A DNA stretch of 64,000 nucleotides from the human T2T-CHM13v2.0 reference genome, Homo sapiens. The notes under the pieces are model-generated. The model worked only from the letters and a program-made list of their open reading frames with translations, had not been told where the DNA came from and made no database searches. Positions 1-11,829 of the stretch are shown here, piece by piece; positions within the stretch are counted from its first letter, which is position 1, and each line of letters starts with the position of its first letter. The position numbers and the translations under genes were made by a program. The stretch lies in assembly GCF_009914755.1 (NCBI RefSeq), contig NC_060942.1. The stretch is one strand, 5' to 3'.

Positions 1-737
1 CTTCTTCTAGGTTGTACTCTCCTGCTTCTTTGAATGCTGCTAATTTCTGATCAGATGCTAGACATTGTGAGTTCTGCCTCATTCTCTTGAGCTTTGGAAG
101 GTGTTGATCTTGAGCTTTGGAAGGTGTTGATCTGGAGCTTTGGAAGGTGTTGATCTTGAGCTTTGGAAGATGTTGATCCTTTTGGGTCATCCTTGCTTTT
201 TGGCTTCATCAGGTGGGACCTGAGCAGTGTTTAGTCTCCAACTAATTTTTCACACTGTGAAGACAAAGCCCTTCTCAGGACACTGCCTGGTGCCTTGCGA
301 GTGTTTCCACTGTGGACAGCGGGATGAGGGCTACTCCCGGCTCTGAGTGAGACCCCATGTTGCTCCCCGAAGCCTCTTGGGCTGGTCAACCCTTGACTGA
401 AGACTCGGGGCTCCCCTTGCAGATCCCAGAGCCCTCCCTCCGGGCAGCTCTCCTCGCTGGAGATCCAGCCTGAGACCTCCAGCCTCTGTTTCCTCCTTGG
501 ACTTGGCTCCTTCTCCTCAGCCCTGCCTGGGGCCTCTCCCTGCACTGGGGCTGGAACCCACGCCCGCCGTGCACTGGGCCCCACCTTGTTTGCCCGCCCT
601 CCTCAGGGACCACGGTCTCTCGGTGCCTGGTGTCTGATGCCTAACACAGGTTTCAGATATTCTGTCCATTTTTTAACTTGTTTTCATGGAAGAGTAAATC
701 TGGTCCCTGTTAGTCCTTCTTGGCTGAAAGCGTAAGT
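1..737 (-). mobile_element. Old L1 (L1M-class) 5' region remnant
   Basis: 688-737 (GGAAGAGTAAATCTGGTCCCTGTTAGTCCTTCTTGGCTGAAAGCGTAAGT) is the reverse complement of the typical 5' terminus of old L1M elements (ACTTCCGCTTCTGGCCAAGATGGAGTAACAGGGACCAGATTTAC, recalled). The upstream sequence is consistent with antisense 5'UTR. Confidence 0.55.
86..177. repeat. 23-bp tandem repeat x4
   Basis: CTTGAGCTTTGGAAGGTGTTGAT repeated 4 times with single substitutions. Confidence 0.95.
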
Positions 738-1784
738 TCTGATGCTGATGTCTCAGAGCTTCCTTGGCCAAATTTGAGTCAGTGCAGTAGTCAATCTTCC
801 ATTGTCCCTGCATTTTACACCATACAACAATAATGCTATTCAAATAAAAACTGCGTGTCTAGCCAAGAGAGAGGCTTGTGATCACCAGCTCTGCCTCAGG
901 GCCTCCTGTAACTTTAATCGGAAGGGAAAGCATCAGAGGTTGAAAAACAGCTTTGGCTGCCAAATGTGCCTTTACCTGGAGGAAAAACAAAAGAATCCTG
1001 GGGAAGACAGAGGAGGTTTTCACAGTTTTTAAAACAGCAATAGGGAAACAAAAATGTATCCATGTCCAGCTGGCGTGGGAATCCCCCACTCCTCCCACAC
1101 AGTTCGGGGTGTCGGGGTGGCTGTCAGTGTCCTGGGAGCTCCCCTCTTCCCTTCCGCCGCCTCCACCCAGCCGCACTGCACTTTCTCATCCTGATGTCCC
1201 CACACGCTGCTGCCTGGCTCGGCCACTGCCTCTCCAAGGCTACACTGCTTTGCAGGGAGGGCCACTACCAGCCACCTCCCGCAGCATGGAACCTGGAGAC
1301 TGACCACGGAACTGCCTGTGTGTGTCTACCCAGAAAATGAGGGTCGCTGAATTCACGGATGGTTCTAATTTTTGTGTCTTCATGGACTGTACCTGGAAAC
1401 CTTATTAACTGAGACTACCTTAATTTGGAATTTGGAATAATTGGAACTTAACGATGATTTGGCTGGATTCAAGTTTACCTTCTGACTTTCTAGTGAGAAG
1501 GGGGTTTGCCAAGCAATTTAATCTCTTAAAACAAGAATGCAAGTGTTTCCTCATGGGAGCATTTTAAAGACTTTCAGAATACTCATTGTTTGCATGCAAA
1601 TAAGGCTGCTAATTATGAGATTTTTTTTCCTTTTCATTGGAGGTCCCAGCAGGACCTGACTTGAAAATGTGCTATTAGCAATTAGTTCTTGTAATGACAT
1701 AGACTTGAAAGAAATAAAGGAAAAATTTTTTAAAAACCCTCTAATATAGACTTTTCACAAATTTAGACACCACTTAATCTAGAT

Positions 1785-1935
1785 TATAACAGCTAATGTC
1801 TGTAGCTCAACTATGGTTGTCAGAGTATTTTTCAAATGTGTGCTACCTCATTTGATCCTCAAAGCTGCTCTGAGAGGGAAACGAGGCATGTCACATACCC
1901 AGTCTACAGGTGAAGGCACTGACAGGGTTAAGGTG
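1785..1935 (-). mobile_element. MIR remnant
   Basis: AACAGCTAATGTC...CTCATTTGATCCTCA...TCTACAGGTGAAGGCACTGACAGGGTTAAG resembles the antisense MIR core. Confidence 0.55.
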
Positions 1936-1972
1936 CGGGCTGCAGGACCTTCTCACTGTGTTAATAGGTTGT

Positions 1973-4708
1973 TCCATCCGTCCATCCATCCACGCACCTA
2001 CCCGTCCATCCACCCACCTGTCCACCCACCCATCCACTCATCCATCCAACCATCCACCCAGCTGTCCACCCACCCATCCACTCATCCACCCACCCATTCA
2101 CCAGTCCACCCACCCATCCACTCATCCATCCATCCATCCATGCACCTACCCAACCATCCACCCACCTGTCCACCCACCCATCCACTCATCCATCCAACCA
2201 TCCACCCACCTGTCCACCCACCCATCCACTCATCCACCCACCCATCCACCAGTCCACCCACCCATCCACTCATCCATCCATCCATCCATGCACCTACCCA
2301 ACCATCCACCCACCTGTCCACCCACCCATCCACTCATCCGTCCAACCATCCACCTACCTGTCCACCCACCCATCCACTCATCCATCCATCCATCCACCAG
2401 TCCACCCACCCATCCACTCATCCATCCATCCATCCACACACCTACCCAACCATCCACCCACCTGTCCACCCACCCATCCACTCATCCGTCCAACCATCCA
2501 CCTACCTGTCCACCCACCCATCCACTCATCCATCCATCCATCCACCAGTCCACCCACCCATCCACTCATCCATCCATCCATCCACACACCTACCCAACCA
2601 TCCACCCACCTGTCCACCCACCCATCCACTCATCCATCCAACCATCCACCCACCTGTCCACCCACCCATCCACTCATCCATCCATCCATCCACCAGTCCA
2701 CCCACCCATCCGCTCATCCATCCATCCATCCATCCATCCATCCATCCATCCATGCACCTACCCAACCATCCACCCACCTGTCCACCCACCCATCCACTCA
2801 TCCGTCCAACCATCCACCTACCTGTCCACCCACCCATCCACTCATCCATCCATCCACCAGTCCGCCCACCCATCCACTCATCCATCCATCCATCCACACA
2901 CCTACCCAACCATCCACCCACCTGTCCACCCACCCATCCACTCATCCATCCAACCATCCACCCACCTGTCCACCCACCCATCCACTCATCCATCCATCCA
3001 TCCATCCATCCATCCACCCAGCCATCCACCCCTTCATCCATCCACTTACCCATCCACTCACCCATCCATCCATTCATCCATCCACCTATCCATTCATCTA
3101 CCTACCCATCCATCCATTATCCATCCATATCCATCCATCCATCCATCCACCCATCCATCTACCCATCCATCCATTATCCATCCATATCCATCCATCCATC
3201 CATCCATCCACCCAGCCATCCACCCCTTCATCCATCCACTTACCCATCCACTCACCCATCCATCCATTCATCCATCCACCTATCCATTCATCTACCTACC
3301 CATCCATCCATTATCCATCCATATCCATCCATCCATCCATCCACCCATCCATCTACCCATCCATCCATTATCCATCCATATCCATCCATCCATCCATCCA
3401 TCCCTTCATCCACCCCTTCATCCATCCATCCACCCATCCATCCATCCACCCATCCATTCATCTACCTACCCATCCATCCATTATCGATCCATATTCATCC
3501 ACCCACCCATCCACCCACCCATCCATCCATCCATTCATCCATTCCTTCACCCACCCATCCACCCTTCCATTCATCCACCTACCCATCCATCCATTATCCA
3601 TCCATATCCATCCACCCACCCATTCATCCATTCATCCATCCCTTCATCTATCCATCCACTTACCCATCCATCCATTATCCATCCATATCCATCTACCCAC
3701 CCATTCATCCATTCATCCATCCCTTCATCCACCCATCCACCCTTCCATTCATCCACCTACCCCTCCATCCATTATCCATCCATATCCATCCACCCACCCA
3801 TCCATCCACCCACCCATTCATCCATTCATCCATCCCTTCATCCATCCACCCACCCATCCACCCACCCATCTATCCATCCACCCACCCACCACCCACCCAT
3901 CCATCCATCCATCCATCCATCCCTTCATCCATTATCCATCCATGTCCATCCACCCACCCATCCATCCATTCATTCATCCCTTCATCCATCCATCCACCCA
4001 CCCACCCATTCATCCAGTTATCCTTCCCTTCATCCATTTATTCACCCACCAACCCATCTATCCATTATCCATCCAACATCCATCCATCCACCCCCATCTA
4101 TCCACTCATTCATTCATCCCTTCATCAATCCATCCACCCACCCACCCATCTATCCATCCATCCCCCTACCCATTTATCCATTATCCATCCCTTATCCATC
4201 CATCCACCCACTCATTCATCCATTATTCATCCATCCATCCATTCTTCTACCCATCCATGTACCCACTCACCCACCCATTCATCCATTATCCATTTAGCCA
4301 CATTCATCTATTAACTCATCCATCCACCGATTATTTATGCACCCACCCACCCATCCATTCATTCATCCACCCATTCACCCATCCATCATCCATCTATCAT
4401 TCCACCACTCATCCACCCACCCATCACCATCCATCCATTTCCATTTATCCACCATCCATCCATCCATCTGTCCACTCATTCATCCACCATCCATCCATTC
4501 ATTCATTTATTCATCGATCTGTCCACCCACCCACCCATTATCCATCCATGTATTTACCCACCCAGCCATCAATTGATCCATTATCCATCCACCCACTCAT
4601 TTATCCATTCACCCATTCATCATCCATGCATTCATCCACTATCTATTCATCCATCTATCCATGTATCCATCCATCCACCCATTCATCCATCCATCCATTC
4701 ATCCATTC
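1973..4708. repeat. Complex (CCAT/CCAC)n satellite, ~2.7 kb, with a 148-bp higher-order period in its 5' part
   Basis: Near G-free TCCA/CCCA tetramer array. Landmark CACCTACCCAACCATCC recurs at 2143, 2291, 2439 and 2587 (148-bp spacing). Confidence 0.95.
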
Positions 4709-7700
4709 CCGCTGAGTTCACATGCTTTACTATGCTTTCTCACTTACACCTCATGACAATGGCTGACGCTGAGATTCCAGCCCCACTTTACTGAAGAGTT
4801 TGCTAAGGCCCAGCAAGAGCCGGCTGCACCTGAGAGTTGTTCCACTCTGTGCAAGGCTCTGTCCCGACACCTCTGCCAATTGAATTGTTCCAGGCTCTCC
4901 CTCAGGCACACTCAGTGAACTGAGACAGGAGGGGATGTCTGGCAGGGAGCAGTGAGAGCCATGGAGGGGAAGGGAGGGCAAGGGACAGGGGTGGCCAGGA
5001 CCAAGGGCCCCCAGTGCTCTCCCTGCCTCACCCCGGCCCTCCCAACCTTTGCTGGGGGTCAGACCCTCCCAAGCCAGCGCCCAGGGTCCCAGGAGGCACC
5101 CGCAGGGTTCTGGGCCCCACTTTGCTGCCCTCTTGTGCACAGATTCACGTTTCCCTGGGTCTGTTGGGTGGGTTCCCTGGCAGAACTGGATCCTGGTGGG
5201 GGGCATGTCCCCAGCTTTCTGGAAACATTCTCACAGGGGCCACAGGCCCAGCTCATTTCTGCCCCAAGTCCTCCCCATATCCCTGTTATCAGGCCCTTTG
5301 GCCAGGCTGTCCCTTCTTGTCCTGGCTGCTGGTGATGGACGGCTGGTGTTTTACTCCAGGATGGGTTTACTGGTTATTCTTGGGGGCCAGAGCAAAATCC
5401 CTCCCCGCTGACTCAGCTGCCTCTGCCAGGAGCCTCTCTGAGATGAGACAGGCTGGTGGTGCCTGGCAGGAGGGTGTCTGGAGATGCACGTGTCACTCTG
5501 GGCAGCTGCCCCGGGCTGTGCGCTTAGTGTGTGTGCGCCGTGCGCCTGGGGACAGGGAGACCAGGCCTGGGGAGGGACAGGAGGCCCTGAGAGGGGAGCG
5601 TGCTGAGTAAGTCAAAGCCAACATGACACAGCCCTGGGTTTAGCCCAAGTTACCAACTATGGCAGTTTCAGAAACTTTCAGAGCTTTCTGTGTTATCATA
5701 CTGATATTTACAACGACCAGGAAGATGTTTTTGTGCCTGGGCCCCAAACCATGACTGCACGATGGCGGAATAGCTCTGAGTCCTGAGGGGCAGCCAGTCA
5801 GGCTCCCTTGAGGGGCCTGAAGGACCGTGCATCCCCCAACCTCCCCACGGGAGGCTCCCAAGGCAAATCCACCCTCAGCTTGTCATGGCCGGGGCTGAGG
5901 TTAGGGTGAGGTGCTCATGCCTGGCTCCCCGGGCACCCCCTCGCCCCACCCTATCTGGGAGACACGGCCTCACCACTGCCCGGCCCAGCCGGTGCCCAGG
6001 CTTGCGAAGGCCGCTGGTGATGGCCACTGCTCCGTGCTGAGGAGCCCAGGCTGATGCTGGAGGAGCTTTGGGCCCGGTCCCGCTGCTGCCCCAGGAGCCC
6101 TTCCCAAGACAGCACTGGCTTCCAAATGATGCTGGACCCGTCTAATCTCTGGCTGTTGGCAGCCTTCACCGCGGGCCACGTTGTCCTGTGGAAAAGCTGC
6201 CACGGCCAGGGCTGTGGGGGGCGTGAGGGGCCTGGGCTCCTTTGGGCCCCATGAGGGCTTCTTTCCCGAGTGACTGCCACGACTGTGTCCATGTCCTCAG
6301 GGCTCTGAGCTGAGCCAGCTGGACCAAGGACAGGGGGCTGGAGGGAGAGGCGGCCCTGAGGCCAAGCCCAGGGGCTCCCTAGGACAGGGCGGGCCAGCCC
6401 TTCCCCTGGCAGCCCTTCCCCTCTCTGCTCCTCACCCTCTCTCTGTGTGTGGAGGGTGGGCGGGACCCCCAGCGAGCAACCCGCCCGGCTGCAGCCGCCC
6501 CGCTTTTCCTTTTCCTGGGCCTCCCAGATGCCCGGGTTCCCCCTCCTCCTCTGCCCCCCACCACCGCCGCCAGCACCCAGACAGCAGGCAGTGGAGGGCC
6601 CCCACCTCGGCCTTTGGGAAAAGACAGCGCCCTCTTGTCTGCAATGGCTGGGGGCAGGCTGGCCCCCCAGGGTGGCATCCACCCCTCAGGCCGCCCCATG
6701 TCCACAAACAGCCCTGCCTGGGGAGCCTCCGGAGGGAAGGAGGGAGGTGGCCCTTGCCATGTGGTGAGGCAGGAACACAAACTGCTGGTAGGAAGTAGGA
6801 AGCCCCCGGCAGGGCTCGGTCCCGGGACCCCCGGCCACGTGGCGCAGACCCCTCCCCTCACGGGGGCCCCCCGGTGGCTCCTCTGTAATCTACAGATGTG
6901 GAAAGAGCTTCACAGTCCCTGCAAGTCCAAAATGTACAGGGCTGTTTCTGTCAAATCAAACATGGTCATCATCTTGTCCCAAAGCTGTGAGGGCCTCTGC
7001 CCTTTCTTCAGGGATCCACTGTATTCAAGGATTTGAAATAGAGTCTCATGTTGGCCACCACTGAAGGTGCTGGACTAATAATACGTTTGCAGAAAACTTC
7101 CAAGAAGAGTTTCTAAGCTCCGTTAACCAGGCCATCCATTTCCTGATCCTTCCATTAACCAAGAAATTCTGGGTTGTGTTTTGAGGGGCTGCGCTGAAAT
7201 CCCGGGAGCGTTTCTGTTAATGAGAAGGAAGGAGCCGGTGCTGGGGGGTCTGCACCCGGGGAAACAAGACACCCCTGCTGTTCCTGCCGCCCCGAGCTGG
7301 AGGTTGAGGTGCCCCGCCCCACCCCATTACCAGCGAGAGGATGAGGAATGAGGCTGGAACACAGCGCTGAGGCCTGATCCAGCGCGGCAGACGGGTGGAT
7401 GCTCGGGGCTGAAGTGGGAAGATGTTTCCCAGGGCCAGGCAGGAGCTACCGGCGGGGAGGGACCTGGGGGCGTGGACCCCCAGGGCAGGTGCCGTTGGCC
7501 AGGGCGGCTGCTCGAGGGCTTTTGATTGTGGTTTCTGTCCCCACAGGAGGCATTTGTGTTTGCTGGGGAGATGGTGCATGTTAAACCTCTGGGCTCCAGG
7601 AGAAAAGTCCGGTTTTATTCAACTTGCGGGATCTCTCCTCCTCGCTCTTTCAGTAAAGAGCTCATTGCCCAAAGCTGGAAGACACGCTCTGGGCCGAGGC

Positions 7701-7730
7701 TGGCTGCACGCAGGAGGGGCCCTGAGCGCC

Positions 7731-7768
7731 TGTGATGTCACATACGGTGCTGTTGTGGCCATGGCTAC
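7731..7768. promoter_or_regulatory. Candidate CRE-like + RFX X-box motif pair
   Basis: TGTGATGTCACA (7731-7742, CRE variant TGATGTCA) lies 12 bp upstream of GTGGCCATGGCTAC (7755-7768, 12/14 to X-box GTTGCCATGGCAAC). Motif evidence only. Confidence 0.35.
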
Positions 7769-8171
7769 CGAGGCCCGGCGGGATCTGAGTGCTGAACTAG
7801 TGACAGCAAAGGGAGGCAGGACCCTGAGGCCCAGGGCAGGGTGCGGCACAGTGAGCGGGCTCAGCGCTGCCTCACATTGTGAGGGTGGGCGAGACCTGCA
7901 CACACAGCCACGGTGGAGGCCCGCACCCTCACGGACCTGCCTCCCCGCCCGGCAAACCTTCCAGATGCTTCCTGGACTCGCAGATACTGAGCAATGTGGC
8001 TCCATCAGGCTGCTGTGGCCTGGGGATTTTTATTTCTAGTAGATGTAGAAACCCTTTTCTTCAGCCCTTAATCTCTGCCAGCCTGGCACCCCCAGGGGCA
8101 ATGGGGCCTCATCTTCCACTCAGCACCACATGACACCCGTCAGGATGGAAAGGTGGTACCCACACACCACC

Positions 8172-8648
8172 CTCACCCTCTCCACACTCACCCTCTCCAC
8201 ATTCACCCTCTCCACATTCACCCTCTTCACACTCAGCCTCTCCACACTCACCCTCTCCACATTCACCCTCTCCACACTCACCCTCTCCAGGCTCACCCTC
8301 TCCACATTCACCCTCTCCACGCTCACCCTCTCCACATTCACCCTCTCCACACTCACCCTCTCCAGGCTCACCCTCTCCACATTCACCCTCTCCACACTCA
8401 GCCTCTCCACACTCACCCTCTCCACATTCACCCTCTCCACACTCACCCTCTCCAGGCTCACCCTCTCCACGCTCACCCTCTCCACGCTCACCCTCTCCAC
8501 ATTCACCCTCTCCACGCTCACCCTCTCCACGCTCACCCTCTCCACATTCACCCTCTCCACGCTAACCCTCTCCACGCTCACCCTCTCCACATTCACCCTC
8601 TCCACGCTCAGCCTCTCCACGCTCACCCTCTCCACATTCACCCTCTCC
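8172..8648. repeat. 15-bp minisatellite, ~32 copies
   Basis: (CTCACCCTCTCCACA/G)n with a few variant units. Confidence 0.97.
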
Positions 8649-11600
8649 CTGCTGCTGGATGGCGGCTGTCAGAACCCATGGAAGATTATGCCTAACTTGC
8701 TGGTGTAACTCACTGGCCTGGCTCCACCAGGCAGCCCCGGGCCCACATGTCTTCTGTTTGGTCCCTCCCCTGGGCACTGTCCACTCCCCAGCAGGCTGGG
8801 CTGCCCACCCCTGCCAGCTCCTGCAGACAGGCCCCTTCCCTGCTGGCTGAGCGTCCCGTGTCTGCGGAGACAGAAGCTCCACGCTCGCTCTGGGCATCGT
8901 GGGGCGGGGGCTGTGTGGCCTGCTGACGCAGCTGCTGGGCGTGGACGAGGCCACGGAGCTTCGCAAGGGTGCATGCTCTTTAATCCTCGCGGCAAGTGAG
9001 ACGGCTCAGTGCCCGCTTTGTTCACGAAACAAGGGTGCATTGTTTCCCCTCTTTTCTTCTTGGTGGGTGGGCAGAATTTTTTTAAGTGCTAAACTTGTGG
9101 TTTGCAAAGCAAATCCCACCGTCGCTTGCAGCCAAGGCCTGTGCTGAGTCCCACACCGCAGTGCAGACCTCCGGAGGCCGAGTCTCAGTTTAGCTTCAAA
9201 TACAGGCTTAGAAAATGGGAGACTGGGGAGCCCACTGTTTAGATTAAAAACAGTTTTAGAAGTTTCCAGGAGTTTCACGAACCTAAATGTGGTGATAATG
9301 GAGTTTAAGGATCAAAAGGAAAGGACTCTCGCCTCCCTGACAACGTCTGGAATGAAACAGTCTTCACTTCCCTGAGACTTTACCCCGGAGCCCCACGCAG
9401 GCCACAGCCGGGACTCTCGGGAGGCAGAGCTGGCAGGGCCGGAGCAGATCTGGGTCAGTGCCTCCCCCGGGGGGCTGCGGTGTCATTCAGCACCTTCCCG
9501 GGGCTGGGTCCCGGGGCTGGGTCAGCACTGGCAAACGGCTCTTTCCCAGCGGGCGCCTCCGCACCCAGCAAACCAGGCCCATCCAGAACGGCAGCACAGG
9601 CGCCTGGCTCCAGCGGAGGCGGCCCTGAGCAGTGAGCCCTGTGCCCCACTCCACAGGAGGGCTGGCCCCAGAGCGCGGGCGGCCCGCTAGGAGCCACACA
9701 GCCGACGCCTCGGGCTGGGCATGGAGCGGGGTCTGTCTGTCTGGTGTGGCTGCAGCTGTGTTTGGAGCATGCAGGAGAAGCCCCTCCAGATGCCCACGAG
9801 CCCCCACCACTTTGGTGCCCGTCCTGCCAGCCGTGCTGCGGGCGCCCTGGGCTCGCTCTTGTCACCCCATCCCCCGAAGGCCTCCAGGGCCCTCTGTTGG
9901 CTGCTGACCCAGGGCCTTCTCTAGAGCACCTGACTCGGGCACACGGAGGCTGCTGGAGGAGTGAGAGAGTGAGTGGGGGGAGGAATTGCAACCAAATTCA
10001 GAATCCGCCCGGCCCTGAGGCCGCCCCTTGCCTGCCACCCACCCGGGTGGGGGCTTTATTTCGACTCAGGCACAGGCGCACCTGCCGGACCCCCGGTGTC
10101 TCTGCGACTCCTTCTCCGCACTGGCCTGGGCCCGGGCTCCCAGCCCTCCGCTCTGTCTCGCTGGGGCAAGGCGTCCCTCACTGGCCAGTTCTGACATTGG
10201 TCCCGGGGGAGCCGCCTTCCACCTGCTGGCCCTGCTGGCCCTGAGTGTGACTCAGCCGTGCCCGGCAGGACCACGAGACGTCCGCTGAGCACAATGTCTA
10301 CCTGGCATTCAAGGTAAGTCATCAAGCGCCCCCCGGTTAGGCTGGACGTGTCTGTGAGGGTTCCGGATGAGCCTGGCATTGGGATGAGCCAGGCCGGCTG
10401 CGGTTTGACTCAGTGAGGGAAGAGGCCTGGCTTGGGACAGGAGGAAGCTGCGTTCCAGCCTCAGGGGAGCCTCCTTCCCCTGGCCGCCTCCTTCCGCACC
10501 CTCAACGCAACAAAAAGGTGATTTCAGAATTGTAATTACTAAAGAAAACATTACCAAGAACGACTCTGCAGCACCCCTCGTTCACGTCCCCACTCAGCAT
10601 CTCCACGCGGGGGCCACGCGTCCGTGTTTGCTGCCGGCAGCCATCAGCATCCGCAGGGGTCCCCCGTCTCCGCGCACAGCTCACAGCCCCGCATCCACCC
10701 CAGGCTCACAGGGAGCCCGGCTCCCTGCGTCCCGCCAAGGGCGGCGGGGTTTTGTTTGGCAGGAAAGGTGAGGAAGGAGGGAGCTGTTGTTAGTCTCACC
10801 CCTGGTCGGCTGCTACATTCACCCTCTTCCTGTTGGAAGCAAGAGCGGCTCCTTCCAGCGTCACAGGATCCCTTGGGAGCACGAAGGCACTGAGGAGCCG
10901 GGACAGGGTCTCCTCCAGTCTGTGAGAATGGGGGGTTGAGTCAGTGGCATGGGTGTCAGGGAGGGATGAGGGTGCAGCGTCCACTCGAGGGCAGGCAGGG
11001 GGAAAGGAGAGGCCAGTGGGTGGGACGGTGCCAGGAGCCACCCGCCCTGCAAATGAGGCTCGTCCTGACACAGCTGGAGAGGCGCTGGCACCCACGGGCC
11101 GAGACGGGAGGGCAGCTCCTGCAGGTGGTGTGGGCGCTGTGTCAGGCTGGGTGTCAGGGTCAGTGAGGCAGACGCCCAGGGCCTGAGCGAGGAGAACGGC
11201 AGGAAAGAACAGGATGTGGCACCCCAGAGGCTCTTGGAGTTCGCCGTGCTCGGGTCTGGGGGCCTGGCCACTTCCCCCACGGCCTCCTGCTTACACCTGG
11301 GGATGCTTGACTCCAGAGGGAGGAAGCCCGAGTGGGGCCCTGGGCTGGGGTCTCGGTATCCTCACGGGGTCACTCACACGCTGGCTCCCCCAGGACTGGA
11401 CCCTTCACACCGGTGGCGTCTCTCGGGCCCGGCCAGGCTCTGGGTCCCGGGCTGTGGTGTCCTCCAGACCCAAGGCATCCGAGGTGCCCACTGCATGCGG
11501 GGTTTATTACGTGTTGCCAGGGGCGCTGGTTATTTTATTTTGCTTCTGGTTTTGCTCTGCCAGCCGCTTGTCTCCTGAATTCTCTGACTTTTTCTCAGCA

Positions 11601-11829
11601 CCTCTGCTGGGACCTGCCCAGGAGCTCGGGCAGATGGGTTCCGCCAGCGGCGCCAACTCCCACGGCTCGCGGGGATGGGGAGTTGGGGGCTCTGAACCCG
11701 TGTGTGTGGAGCAGAAGGAGTGTCACCTCATCCCCCGGGGGCCCTTCACATCCCAGGCCCCACTGGACTGTGACGGGCAGTGGGAAGGGAGGACGTGTGT
11801 GGGGCCGAGAGGGAGCTCCCAGGAGACCC

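Noticed and set aside
1813-4314. 833-aa and 795-aa His/Pro/Ser-rich ORFs
   Set aside because: Translations of a nearly G-free (CCAT)n satellite that lacks stop codons in several frames; no domain or exon evidence.
5951-6682. 243-aa minus-strand ORF and other 150-350-aa ORFs in GC-rich unique DNA
   Set aside because: Overlapping open frames on both strands, Pro/Gly/Arg/Ala-biased composition and no recognisable homology; expected at this GC content.
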